Shown: positions 28,733-38,455 of the stretch, in pieces
Layout: the number at the start of each line of letters is the position of its first letter
Numbering within the stretch: position 1 is the stretch's first letter
NCBI GenBank assembly: GCA_047602425.1
Contig: JASGHG010000001.1
Location: 3,424,001 to 3,488,000, forward strand
Direction of reading: 5' to 3'
From: Nibricoccus sp.
GTDB taxonomy: Bacteria > Verrucomicrobiota > Verrucomicrobiia > Opitutales > Opitutaceae
DNA length: 64,000 nucleotides
Position numbers and translations under genes: made by a program
The notes under the pieces: generated by a model
What the model was told of the DNA's origin: nothing
Seen by the model: only the letters and a program-made list of their open reading frames with translations
Databases searched by the model: none

Positions 28733-28860
28733 CTTTTGCCGAACGTTGTGTAGGCTTTTTCGCAGTTGCAGGATTGAGGCCCGCAATTTCTTGAATGGAT
28801 TTTTGTGGTAGGCCGTGAGGTAACGGCGGCTTTTGTAGCCGCCGCCCGTTAGGAAAACGC

Positions 28861-30507
28861 TTACTTCTTCGTGCCGCTGGCGACGACGGTGTTGGCTTGG
28901 ACGAAGAAGTCGTTGCCTTTGTCGTCGACGAGGATGAAGGCGGGGAAGTCGACGACTTCGATCTTCCAGACAGCTTCCATGCCGAGCTCGGGATATTCGA
29001 GGGTTTCGACTTTCTTGATGTTTTCCTTCGCGAGGATCGCGGCGGGGTCGCCGATCGAGCCGAGGTAGAAACCTTTGTACTTCGCGCAGGCGTCGGTTAC
29101 CTGTTTCGAGCGGTTCCCCTTCGCGATCATCACCATCGAACCGCCCATCGACTGGAAGAGGTCGACGTAGCTGTCCATGCGGCCGGCGGTCGTGGGACCG
29201 AAGCTGCCGGAGGCGTAGCCGACGGGGGTCTTGGCCGGACCGGCGTAGTAAACGGGGTGGTTCTTGATGTAGTCGGGCAGGCCTTTGCCGGAATCGACGC
29301 GTTCCTTCAACTTGGCGTGGGCGATGTCGCGGGCGACAACCATCGGACCGGTGAGCAGCACGCGGGTGGTGACCGGGTGCTTCGAGAGTTCGGCGCGGAT
29401 TTTGTCCATCGGCTGGTTAAGGTCGATGCGGACGGGCTTGTCGTCTTTTAGCGTGCGGAGATGGTTCGGGATGAACTGGCCGGGGTTGGTCTCCATCTTT
29501 TCGACAAAGATGCCGTCCTTGGTGATCTTGGCCTTGATATTGCGGTCGGCGGAACAGGAGACGCCCATGCCGACGGGGCAACTGGCGCCGTGGCGGGGGA
29601 GGCGGATGACGCGGACGTCGAGGGCGAAGTATTTGCCGCCGAACTGGGCGCCGACGCCGCTCTTTTCGGCGATATCGAGAACCATCTTTTCGGCTTCGAG
29701 GTCGCGGAAGGCCTGGCCGAGTTTGTTACCCTTGGTCGGGAGCGCGTCGTAGTATTTGGCGGAGGCGATCTTGACGGTCTTGAGGCAGGCTTCGGCGCTG
29801 GTGCCGCCGATGACGAAGACGAGGTGGTACGGTGGGCAGGCGGCGGTGCCGAGCATCTTCATCTTTTCGGTGAAGAAGGCGGCAAGGCTCTTTGGGTTGA
29901 GCAACGCTTTTGTCTCTTGGAAAAGGTACGTCTTATTGGCCGAGCCGCCGCCCTTGGCGACGAAAAGGAATTCGTATTTCTGGCCCTCGGTGGCGAGGAT
30001 GTCGATTTGGGCGGGGAGATTGGTTCCGGTATTGACCTCCTCATACATGTCGAGGGCGGCGGTCTGGGAATAGCGGAGGTTTTCCTGCGTGTAGACGTCG
30101 TAGACGCCTTTGCTGAGCCATTCCGCGTCGTTGGCGCCGGTCCAGACCTGCTGACCTTTCTTGGCGACGATGGTGGCGGTGCCGGTGTCCTGACAGAAAG
30201 GCAGAATGCCTTCGGCGGAGATTTCGGCGTTCTTGAGCATGGTGAGGGCGACGTATTTGTCGTTCTCGGAGGCCTGCGGGTCGTCGAGGATGCCGGCGAC
30301 CTGTTTCAGGTGCTTCGCGCGGAGGAAAAAGGACGTGTCGTGCAACGCCTGTTGGGCGACGTAGGCGAGGGCGGACGGTTCAATCTTGAGGATCTCTTTG
30401 CCCTCGAAGGTCGTCGTAGAGACGCCTTCTTTCGAGAGAAGGCGATACTCGGTTTCGTCGGTGCCGAGGGGGAATGGGTCTTGGTAGGAGAACGGAGGCG
30501 TGGCCAT
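28861..30507 (-). CDS. fumA: Class I (Fe-S) fumarate hydratase
   Basis: [32 protein letters not shown] and GPTTAGRMD motifs. Confidence 0.96.
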   Translation of the reverse strand: MATPPFSYQDPFPLGTDETEYRLLSKEGVSTTTFEGKEILKIEPSALAYVAQQALHDTSFFLRAKHLKQVAGILDDPQASENDKYVALTMLKNAEISAEGILPFCQDTGTATIVAKKGQQVWTGANDAEWLSKGVYDVYTQENLRYSQTAALDMYEEVNTGTNLPAQIDILATEGQKYEFLFVAKGGGSANKTYLFQETKALLNPKSLAAFFTEKMKMLGTAACPPYHLVFVIGGTSAEACLKTVKIASAKYYDALPTKGNKLGQAFRDLEAEKMVLDIAEKSGVGAQFGGKYFALDVRVIRLPRHGASCPVGMGVSCSADRNIKAKITKDGIFVEKMETNPGQFIPNHLRTLKDDKPVRIDLNQPMDKIRAELSKHPVTTRVLLTGPMVVARDIAHAKLKERVDSGKGLPDYIKNHPVYYAGPAKTPVGYASGSFGPTTAGRMDSYVDLFQSMGGSMVMIAKGNRSKQVTDACAKYKGFYLGSIGDPAAILAKENIKKVETLEYPELGMEAVWKIEVVDFPAFILVDDKGNDFFVQANTVVASGTKK

Positions 30508-30639
30508 AAGTTGGGAAATTTACCGGAATGTGCGGCGTTTGTGGTGCCAGAAAAGCGGAGGCGCGTAAGAATTAGCGGAGGTTGCGGAGGGCTTAAGTTG
30601 GATGCGTGGGGTGCTACGAAGGGGAAAAGGAGGGAAGTA

Positions 30640-30820
30640 TTTTGCCACAGAGGTCACAGAGCTCGGACACAGAGGCAGGAAGAGGTCGGAGGGTAAGAGG
30701 GCACGGTGAGGACGGAGTTTCTAACCACTGATTTTCACTGATAAGCGGCGGAATGGAAATTTTTGTCTTTGGATTTCTCTGTGAACTCTGTGTCGGAGCT
30801 CTGTGTCCTCTGTGGCGAAA
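30640..30820. repeat. Intergenic long inverted repeat with CACAGAG units and a nested half-element
   Basis: 35-bp arms at 30640-30674 and 30786-30820, 32/35 complementary. taaccactgattttcactgat lies at 30722-30742 inside the loop. Confidence 0.88.
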
Positions 30821-30841
30821 AGATCGGAGAAGCTTTATTTC

Positions 30842-31828
30842 TTATAGCAGCTTCATCTTGGGAAGATCCTGCACATCGACGAGGCCTACGGGGCGATGGG
30901 TGGCATCGACGGCGATGAGGTCGTCGATTTTGTAGCGGTCGAACATCCGGAGGGCTTCCACCGCGAGCGCATCCATTGAAACGACTTTGGGAGAACGTGT
31001 CATGAATTTGGATACAGGCTGGAGGAGAAAGTCGGGCGTGCTGATGATGTTACGCCGCAGATCGCCGTCGGTCAGGATGCCGGCGAGTTTGCCGTCTGAA
31101 GCGGTGAGGGCAATGCTTCCGCTCTTGGCGGCGGTCATGCTGAGCAAGGCGTCTTTGACCAAGCTCGTGTCGGGCAATACTGGGAAACGTTCGCCGGTGC
31201 GCATGATGTCGCTGACTTTAAGCAGGAGGACCGTGCCGAGATTGCCGGCGGGGTGCAGACGGGCGAAGTCATCGCGGGTGAAGCCGCGGCTTTCGAGAAG
31301 AACCATTGCAAGCGCGTCGCCGAGCGCGAGGGCCGCAGTGGTGCTGGCGGTTGGCGCAAGGCTCAGCGGGCAAGCTTCCTGCGGGACGCGATAAAGGAGT
31401 TTGTGGTCGGCGTCTTTGGCGAGTTCGGAGTCGGGATTACTGGTGAGCGCGACGATGGGCAGGCCGAACCTTTTCAAAAGCGGAATAAGACGCAGGATTT
31501 CCTGAGTCTGGCCGCTGTTCGACAAAAGGATCGCCAGATCGCCTTCTTCGCAAAGCCCCAGGTCGCCGTGGAGCGCTTGCGTAGCATCGAGAAAACACGA
31601 GGACACGCCAGTGCTATTGAAGGTGCCAACGAGCTTTTGGGCGATGTGGGCGGACTTGCCGACGCCGCTGAAAATGAGTTTGCCCCCGCTGGTGGCGGTT
31701 TCTTCGACCGCGCAGGCGACGGTGACGAAGGATTCGTCGAGAGCTTTGGCGGTGGCATCGAGTGCGTCGGTCTCGACGCGGATACAGGCGCGGGCGCGTT
31801 CGAGGGCGGTTTTTGAGTTGAGGGCCAT
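30842..31828 (-). CDS. kdsD: Arabinose-5-phosphate isomerase (SIS + 2 CBS)
   Basis: GVGKSAHIA, ALHGDLG, SNSGQT, EACPLSLAPTAST, LHPAG and a CBS pair. Confidence 0.93.
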   Translation of the reverse strand: MALNSKTALERARACIRVETDALDATAKALDESFVTVACAVEETATSGGKLIFSGVGKSAHIAQKLVGTFNSTGVSSCFLDATQALHGDLGLCEEGDLAILLSNSGQTQEILRLIPLLKRFGLPIVALTSNPDSELAKDADHKLLYRVPQEACPLSLAPTASTTAALALGDALAMVLLESRGFTRDDFARLHPAGNLGTVLLLKVSDIMRTGERFPVLPDTSLVKDALLSMTAAKSGSIALTASDGKLAGILTDGDLRRNIISTPDFLLQPVSKFMTRSPKVVSMDALAVEALRMFDRYKIDDLIAVDATHRPVGLVDVQDLPKMKLL

Positions 31829-31901
31829 TTAGGATTGAATCGCGGGGAAGCTTGCTGAAGTTAGAGGTTACCTTTTACCATTCAATTCCTTTTCCGACCT
31901 G

Positions 31902-32828
31902 ATGAGGACCCGTTTGTTTTCCCTTCTAGCTTTGGCTGCACTGATTTTTGTGGCGGGTTGTGAGCGCGCGGACGTCGCGGCTTTCACGGTCGAAGGCGAC
32001 GAGCCGGGCTACCGGCGGGGCAAGGACCTGATTAAACAAGGCCGCAATCAGGAAGCGCTCAGCGAGTTTCTAAAAGTCATCGACAAACGCGGTCTCGATA
32101 ACGCTCCGGAGTCGCACCTTGAAGTCGGTCTGCTCTATCAGTTTCACATCAAGAATCCCATCGCGGCGATTTATCACTATCAAAAGTTTCGGGAACTGAA
32201 ACCCAACAGTCCGCAGGCCGACCTTGTGCGCCAACGCATCGATGCGGCGACACGCGATTTTGCCAAGGCCGTGCTGGGAAACTCGCTCGACAAGGATCTC
32301 GATCGGCTGACCACGGACGAATTGGCGAAACAACTTCGGCTCGAAAATGATCGGCTAAAGACGGAAATCGCCTCTTTGCGGGCTGGAAAAATTGTCGCAT
32401 CGCGCGACGCGGAAACGGCTGCGACCGAGGAAACGCCCGCCCAAGCTGCGCCAACGAGGCCGGCAACAGTCGCGAATAACGAGGAGTCCCCCGTGCAACG
32501 CGCGGCGATCGAGCCTGAGGTCAGTCCCGTTGCCCCGGTCGCTCCAGTCCCCACACCGCGTCCGACCGCTCCAGCGCAAGCGCAGACCCGCCCGCCAACG
32601 CCATCCAGCAACACGACTCGTCCGGGTACGACGGCTTCTTCGACGACAACACGCCCGTCGACGTCCTACCGCCGCCACGTGGTCGCCAAAGGCGATACTC
32701 TCTACAGCCTCTCTACAAAATATTACGGCAATCCTTCCCGTTGGAGGGATATCTATGCGGCTAATCGCGATGTGATGCGAAACACCGACGATTACAAAAT
32801 CGGTATGGTGTTAAAAATTCCGCAGTAA
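31902..32828 (+). CDS. Lipoprotein with TPR and C-terminal LysM domain
   Basis: VAGC lipobox, TPR-like helices and HVVAKGDTLYSLSTKYYG...IYAANRD LysM. Confidence 0.9.
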   Translation: MRTRLFSLLALAALIFVAGCERADVAAFTVEGDEPGYRRGKDLIKQGRNQEALSEFLKVIDKRGLDNAPESHLEVGLLYQFHIKNPIAAIYHYQKFRELKPNSPQADLVRQRIDAATRDFAKAVLGNSLDKDLDRLTTDELAKQLRLENDRLKTEIASLRAGKIVASRDAETAATEETPAQAAPTRPATVANNEESPVQRAAIEPEVSPVAPVAPVPTPRPTAPAQAQTRPPTPSSNTTRPGTTASSTTTRPSTSYRRHVVAKGDTLYSLSTKYYGNPSRWRDIYAANRDVMRNTDDYKIGMVLKIPQ

Positions 32829-32946
32829 GTCTCGCGTTTGTATTGTCAAACGCCGCAGCGATTTTTGCGCCGCGCAAAATTTGCGTGTTCTCCGCCAAGC
32901 ACTGCGGAGGAAATCGGTGTATGTTGTGCGAGATTCCGATACGCAC

Positions 32947-34353
32947 ATGATTCTGCCCGACGAAAACGCCGCCACGCCGAAAAACACCTCACTGGATCTC
33001 GACTTGATTCGGAAGTACTCGATCCCGGCGCCGCGTTACACGTCATATCCGCCTGCGACTCAATTCGTCGACGATCTGGCCAAGGTTGACCTCGACAAGG
33101 CGCTCAAGGACGACAACGCCTCCGGCAAAAACCCGCTTTCGCTCTATTTTCATCTCCCGTTTTGCGAAACGCGTTGCTGGTACTGCGGCTGTAACACCGT
33201 CATCACGAAGCGCCACGATGCGGCGGCCGAATACCTCGACGACGTCGCGACCGAGGTGAAACTCATCGCGGCGCGCAATGACCGCGCCCGCCCCGTCACG
33301 CAGGTGCACCTCGGCGGCGGTACGCCGACTTTTCTTCCGCCCGACCAGCTCCGCCGGCTCGGCGCGATGTTTCACGAGAACTTCTCTATCGCCAAAAACT
33401 GCGAGATCAGCGCCGAACTCGATCCGCGCCGCCTGAAACACGAACACATTGTGGCGCTCCGCGAAATCGGCGCCACCCGCGCTTCGCTTGGCGTGCAAGA
33501 TACCAATCGCAAGGTCCAACTCGCGATTAACCGGTACCAGCCGCAATCGCTGAACCAGCAGGCGATGGATTGGCTGCGCGCTGAAGGTTTCAATTCGGTC
33601 AACGTCGACCTCATTTACGGCCTTCCCCTGCAAACTCCTGAAACGTTTACGAAAACGATTGATGACGTGCTTTCGCTTTCACCCGAGCGTCTCTCGGTGT
33701 TCAGCTACGCGCACGTTCCGTGGATCAAGCCCGCGCAGCGCATTTTCGAAGATCGCGGCCAGTTGCCCACGCCAGAGGAAAAACTCGCGATGTTTGCCCT
33801 CGCGCACGAACTCCTCACCGCGGCCGGATACGTCGACATTGGTCTCGACCATTTCGCCAAACCCGACGACGAACTTGCGCGAGCCCAGCGTAGCGGCACG
33901 CTCCATCGCAATTTCCAAGGCTACAGCACTCACGCCGGCGCGTCGCTCTACGGTTTCGGTCTCTCGTCGATCTCCCAAACACCCGACGTCTATATCCAAA
34001 ACCACAAGACGCTCATCGCCTACCGCACCGCGCTCTCTTCGGGCCAATTGCCGGTTGAACGTGGTTTAAGATTGAACGACGAGGACAAGCGCCGCCGTAC
34101 GCTCATCATGCGCATCATGTGCGACCGTGGGCTGGACTACAAAAAACTCTCCGCCCAACTCGGCGTGGACGTGGCGAAAGCCTACTCGTCCGAAATCGCC
34201 TCGCTGCACGACCTCGTGGCCGACGGTATCGTGAAGATGGGCACGCAAGGCTTCACCGTGACCCCCGCCGGCACGCCGCTGCTCCGCGTGGTCGCCATGC
34301 GCTTCGACGCCACGTTGAAACCCGTCGCCCGCCAGCACTCACAGGTGATCTAA
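32947..34353 (+). CDS. hemN: Oxygen-independent coproporphyrinogen III oxidase
   Basis: PRYTSYP, HLPFCETRCWYCGC, GGGTPT, DLIYGLP and RNFQGY motifs. Confidence 0.95.
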   Translation: MILPDENAATPKNTSLDLDLIRKYSIPAPRYTSYPPATQFVDDLAKVDLDKALKDDNASGKNPLSLYFHLPFCETRCWYCGCNTVITKRHDAAAEYLDDVATEVKLIAARNDRARPVTQVHLGGGTPTFLPPDQLRRLGAMFHENFSIAKNCEISAELDPRRLKHEHIVALREIGATRASLGVQDTNRKVQLAINRYQPQSLNQQAMDWLRAEGFNSVNVDLIYGLPLQTPETFTKTIDDVLSLSPERLSVFSYAHVPWIKPAQRIFEDRGQLPTPEEKLAMFALAHELLTAAGYVDIGLDHFAKPDDELARAQRSGTLHRNFQGYSTHAGASLYGFGLSSISQTPDVYIQNHKTLIAYRTALSSGQLPVERGLRLNDEDKRRRTLIMRIMCDRGLDYKKLSAQLGVDVAKAYSSEIASLHDLVADGIVKMGTQGFTVTPAGTPLLRVVAMRFDATLKPVARQHSQVI

Positions 34354-34377
34354 GGCGATCCGCCAGGTGTTTCCACT

Positions 34378-34462
34378 GGAGGGCGCCGCGCTGTCGTCGC
34401 CGTTCATATCCGGCGGCCACAGCGGGCCGCCTTCCGTTTCAATCCGACAAACCGTTGTCGGA
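34378..34462. repeat. Two hairpins between convergent genes (REP-like doublet plus possible terminator)
   Basis: 25-bp arms at 34378-34402 and 34411-34435 (20/25 complementary), then TCCGACAA-accg-TTGTCGGA at 34443-34462. Confidence 0.55.
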
Positions 34463-34493
34463 GGGGCGATGTACCAGAACTGCGCTCCGTGCG

Positions 34494-35411
34494 TCACTCT
34501 TTCTCGGACGGCTTCGCATCGAAGAGGTCTCCGAGGGAACTCATCTTCCTTCCAAACTCTTCGCCATACTGTGGCAGCACGGCATGGGCATTATAGACAT
34601 TCATAAAACCTTCGTGCTGACCTGATGATAGAATCGACTTCATTCCCTTTAGCACTTTCGCCCAGTCGGTTTTATCCATGTCGAATGGTTCGTTGTTGCG
34701 CAAGGCTTCGTTGTGTCTGGCGAGTAGTTTGGTGATTTGTTCCGCCTGCTCGGCCTTCAAAGGGCAGTCCGTGAAATATAGATTCTCAGCCACTGACGCG
34801 GCGAACTGGCGGGCGGCCAGGGTGCGTTCATAATCTTGCAGGCGTTTGAACCCTTCCTCGCCGAGCAATTCCTTCTCGGCGGCATTCAGGGTTTGCTCGG
34901 CCTTGGAGCGCAGTCTGATCACGGCTAAATCGGACTCCTTTAGCTTTTGCGTTTCCATGATGGCGTCGATGTCGGCCAGACTTTGCCAGTGGTCGGTCAA
35001 CATGATTTCCAAGCGGTCGATCTGCGCATCATTCAAGCCGGACCGATAATAAAAGGGCGCGTACTGAGCCGCGAGATGGGCGCGGTAGCCGCGTGCTTTC
35101 TTTTCCTGTTCAGCGATCGAGTCGGATTCCTTCCTGGCCGCTTCTTCTTTGGAGACCGGCGCAGTGGCCTCGGTGAATTCGATTTTCATTAGGAGTGCGA
35201 TGGATCGATTGAGCGCGGTGATTTCCTTTTCGATCGAGGCGAGTTTTTCCCGGTAGATGGTGGTTTGTTCATCCAGCGACTTTTTCTGATGGCCGATATC
35301 CGCGAGCCGATTTAGTGTCCGCGTTGTCACTGTCATTTCACGACCATTTAACCAGAGGCAAAATGCCGTGATCGAGAGGCAGGAGAGGAAGATGGAAGTT
35401 TTATAGCGCAT
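34494..35411 (-). CDS. Membrane-anchored coiled-coil protein paralogous to the C-terminal domain of the upstream ECF sigma factor
   Basis: N-terminal hydrophobic helix and coiled coil, with motif blocks shared with the sigma C-terminus. Overlaps the sigma stop region by 11 nt. Confidence 0.8.
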   Translation of the reverse strand: MRYKTSIFLSCLSITAFCLWLNGREMTVTTRTLNRLADIGHQKKSLDEQTTIYREKLASIEKEITALNRSIALLMKIEFTEATAPVSKEEAARKESDSIAEQEKKARGYRAHLAAQYAPFYYRSGLNDAQIDRLEIMLTDHWQSLADIDAIMETQKLKESDLAVIRLRSKAEQTLNAAEKELLGEEGFKRLQDYERTLAARQFAASVAENLYFTDCPLKAEQAEQITKLLARHNEALRNNEPFDMDKTDWAKVLKGMKSILSSGQHEGFMNVYNAHAVLPQYGEEFGRKMSSLGDLFDAKPSEKE

Positions 35412-36948
35412 AGCTCCAAGTGATGCTGTCGCTCAGGTTTCCCTGCAGTCGGGCCAACGCTTTCAGCTGGACCGGACTGAGGATTGTTTTCGCTTCCTGG
35501 AGCGCTTTCTTCCAATCGATGTCGGTGGCGGCTGGGCTGGTGGGATCCGACGTGGCGTTGGCGAGAATCTGTGTCAATTGCCTGGAGACTGCTGCATCGA
35601 GTGGTGCATCGGTATAAACAAGGCTGCTCGCGAGCACGTTTACGATCTGCGTGCGGATGGTTATTGTTCTCCATTCCTCTTTGTATTCGTTCAAACCGGC
35701 TTCACCGAAAAATTCCTTAAACTTGTTTTCGTCGATCTTCATATTCCCCCAGTCGAGGGAAAGGGTGAACCGGCCGTGTTCATTCCCTTCGTCGATAAAT
35801 TTGTAACTGGGCACGAAGGGGTTGTCACCCCTGAGGCAGGCAAAGAAGGTTTCGATTTGTTTCGGAGTGTAGTGAAATTTGGTGAAGAGAGGACCGTAGA
35901 AATTTTGATTTGAGAAGAGGATAGGCTCGATTTTCTCCAGCACCTTTTTCATTTCATCATCGAGGTTGAGACGGAGGAGGGCTTCGACGATGGCCTCGCC
36001 TTTGAACTTGGGGCTCATGCGCTGGATTTTTGCCGCGATCGTGATCTTGAGCGTGGCGAGGGTCTGACGCTTGGACTCGCGAATTTGTTCAAGCTCGGTC
36101 AGGCGGCGTAGCAGTTGGTTTCGCTCTGCTTCCATTCGGCTGATCTTTTGCTTTTCAGCATAGAGACTACTTTCGGTCTCTCGTGTGGTGTTGGCTTTCC
36201 ACGCGACAATGCTGCCCGAACCAATCGCTGTGACAATGGAGGTCGCGACGGCGGCGATTTTTATCCCGCCGAGGAGTTGCGCGAGAAAGGTCGTGGCTTG
36301 CGCGGCGGTGGCGAGTGAGGTTGTGGCCACGGTCGCGGCGAATCCGGCGGGGGCGGCGAGGGCGGCCTGGCTGGCCATCGCGAGTTCGAGGGCGACGAGG
36401 GTCGAGACGATGCCGCGCTTGGCGAGGTGGCTGCGGAGTTTTTCCACGCCGCGGTCGATGCGTTTGCGCGTGGCTTCCTCGGAGAGGCCAAGGGTGGCGC
36501 CGATTTCGCTGAAGGAGCACTGCTTGAAATAGCGGAGCAGAATCGCCTCGCGATCGCGTTCGCCGAGTGCGTGCAGGGCGTCGTCGAGTAACGGACGGAG
36601 TTTGTCCCAGTCGATTTGATCGTGGGTGGTGGAAAAATCGTCGTGCATGGGATGGGCCTTTTGTTCGCGTTCTTCGCGTCGGGCTTCGCTGCGGCGTAGC
36701 GTGGCGACCGCATAGCGAGTGCTGGTGTGCAGCCAGCCGACGAGGTCGTTGCGTGCCGCGAGTTGGGCGGCCTTTTTCGCGAGATCAGTGAAGACCGCCT
36801 GAGTTACGTCCTTGGCGCGGGCGTCGCTGCCGGCCTGGCGCAGGGCGGTGGCGTAGACGAAATCGATATGGCGTTGCACGAGTTCGGTGAAGGCTTCTTG
36901 CGAAGATTCGTGAGTATAGCGGCGGAGCAGTTCGGGGTCACTGGACAT
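35401..36948 (-). CDS. ECF sigma factor with TM helix and long C-terminal extension
   Basis: Region 2 (DVTQAVFTDL, GWLHTSTRY), region 4 (DREAILLRYF..SFSEIGATLGLSEEATRKRIDRGVEKLR), Ala-rich linker, TM and coiled coil. Confidence 0.92.
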   Translation of the reverse strand: MSSDPELLRRYTHESSQEAFTELVQRHIDFVYATALRQAGSDARAKDVTQAVFTDLAKKAAQLAARNDLVGWLHTSTRYAVATLRRSEARREEREQKAHPMHDDFSTTHDQIDWDKLRPLLDDALHALGERDREAILLRYFKQCSFSEIGATLGLSEEATRKRIDRGVEKLRSHLAKRGIVSTLVALELAMASQAALAAPAGFAATVATTSLATAAQATTFLAQLLGGIKIAAVATSIVTAIGSGSIVAWKANTTRETESSLYAEKQKISRMEAERNQLLRRLTELEQIRESKRQTLATLKITIAAKIQRMSPKFKGEAIVEALLRLNLDDEMKKVLEKIEPILFSNQNFYGPLFTKFHYTPKQIETFFACLRGDNPFVPSYKFIDEGNEHGRFTLSLDWGNMKIDENKFKEFFGEAGLNEYKEEWRTITIRTQIVNVLASSLVYTDAPLDAAVSRQLTQILANATSDPTSPAATDIDWKKALQEAKTILSPVQLKALARLQGNLSDSITWSYAL

Positions 36949-36960
36949 GTTGGTATTTCC

Positions 36961-36995
36961 TTATACCAGCCCCCGGACAGAAATCCGGACAAAAA
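36961..36995 (-). promoter_or_regulatory. Candidate autoregulated ECF-type promoter / direct repeat
   Basis: Minus strand reads TGTCCG-N18-GGTATAA immediately upstream of the sigma ATG. CCGGACA(G/A)AAA is repeated with a 12-bp period. Confidence 0.35.
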
Positions 36996-37089
36996 TTTTA
37001 TCGATGTGCAATGCGCCGTGCAGTCGCCCACGCGTTCGGGACTAGGAATAAAAAGATGGTTCCGCCGTGATTCAACCGCAGGCCACTTT

Positions 37090-37164
37090 TGTCATCTATT
37101 AAATGACAAGTGATATTTTAGAGAGGGGCCTGACGTAGAGAAGCTTGTCATTTAATCGATGACA
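37090..37164. repeat. Pair of TGTCAT-N7-ATGACA palindromes forming a 21-bp inverted repeat
   Basis: 37090-37110 and 37144-37164 are 20/21 reverse complements. Confidence 0.85.
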
Positions 37165-37337
37165 GACGTGTCTTTTCTGCGAGCACGGAAGTGACGGGAT
37201 GCCGGCATCCGGCGGGGTGGCGGTGGAAGCGGAGAGGGCGGAGTTGGTTGGAGCTAAGTTTTGCGTTAGGGCGGAAAATTTTTCGTCCTGCAACCTTGTA
37301 GCGGACACAGGCGACCGATATCAACGCGCGCAAATTC

Positions 37338-38444
37338 ATGAGCACGTTTGTCATTGTTGCACTTCTGGTTTGGGCCGGCATGAACGGCTATGCTTTCTGG
37401 CGGCTGGGCACTATTTTGGCGCTGATGCGTGTGCCGATTTGGGCGACTGGGATCACGGGCGTGGCGGCATGGCTGAGTTTTCCCGTGGCGCGATCGGTGC
37501 GTCATAATTGGCCGCGAATGGGTGGTTTTCTCGAAGTTGTCTCGGTGAACTGGCTGGGGATTCTATTGCTGCTATGTGTCTGTTATATGGTTGTGGACGC
37601 GGCGACGTTGGGCGGGCTGTTGTGGCGCAATGGGGCGCTTAAACTCAGGTTTGGCGCGACCATTGTAGCGGGGATTTTATCGGGCGTGGCCTTCGTACAA
37701 GGCGCGCGCGATCCGGTGGTACGCCAGGAGGAAATCGTGCTGCCTGGCCTGCCGAAAATGCGGGACGGGCTGCGGGTGCTGTTCGTGTCGGACATGCATC
37801 TGGGCAGACAGATTGGCCGTGAATGGTTACAGCGTATGGTTGTGCAAGCCGATGCGCTCAAACCCGACTTGATCGCCATCGCTGGGGACTTGGTCGATCA
37901 CGATGTGGAGCTGGTGCAGCCGCTGGTTCCCGAGCTAAGCCGGTTGCAGGCGCCGCTGGGTGTTTGGGTCGTGCTGGGCAACCACGATATTTACGGAGGG
38001 GCATTGGAGAGCACGAATTTGATGCGGGCGGCTGGCTTCAAAGTATTGCTGAACGAATCGGCGGAGGCGGCGCCCGGACTGCGCATTGCAGGTGTGGAGG
38101 ATTTGGGTTTCCATATGCGATCTGGTTCGGCGGAGAACGATGTGCGCAAGGCTTTGGGTGGAGGACGGTCTGGGCAGGAAGGCGTCCTGTATTTGTCGCA
38201 CACGCCGGCATTGCTCGATCTGGCGGCGGAGTCCGGGGCTGGCCTGATGCTATGCGGTCATACGCACGGCGGACAAATCTGGCCGTTTAATTATTTGGTC
38301 GCCTCGCGTTTTCCGACGATTGCCGGGCGATATACGGTGAAAGGGATGACGCTTTTTGTGTCGCGTGGCGCGGGCACGTGGGGACCGCGGATGCGGCTTT
38401 GGAAATCGGGTGAAATTTATCTGATCACGCTGCGCGCGCCGTAG
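37338..38444 (+). CDS. Membrane-bound metallophosphoesterase (YkuE/YaeI-like)
   Basis: N-terminal TMs with SDMHLG, GDLVD, GNHD, SHTP and GHTHGGQ motifs. Confidence 0.92.
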   Translation: MSTFVIVALLVWAGMNGYAFWRLGTILALMRVPIWATGITGVAAWLSFPVARSVRHNWPRMGGFLEVVSVNWLGILLLLCVCYMVVDAATLGGLLWRNGALKLRFGATIVAGILSGVAFVQGARDPVVRQEEIVLPGLPKMRDGLRVLFVSDMHLGRQIGREWLQRMVVQADALKPDLIAIAGDLVDHDVELVQPLVPELSRLQAPLGVWVVLGNHDIYGGALESTNLMRAAGFKVLLNESAEAAPGLRIAGVEDLGFHMRSGSAENDVRKALGGGRSGQEGVLYLSHTPALLDLAAESGAGLMLCGHTHGGQIWPFNYLVASRFPTIAGRYTVKGMTLFVSRGAGTWGPRMRLWKSGEIYLITLRAP

Positions 38445-38455
38445 TGCGAATCTGA

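Noticed and set aside
30535..30550. Sigma-54-like TGGCAC-N7-GC upstream of the fumarase (also 24257-24272)
   Set aside because: Both lack the TT of the -12 element, too weak to call in GC-rich DNA.
29461..30696. 411-aa ORF opposite the fumarase (similarly 38681-40063, 49970-51067, 60855-62003)
   Set aside because: These are shadow ORFs of well-supported genes on the other strand.
12775..30820. Short repeated units as a possible CRISPR array
   Set aside because: Units are 7-10 nt in inverted arms, with no unique 30-40 nt spacers and no cas genes.
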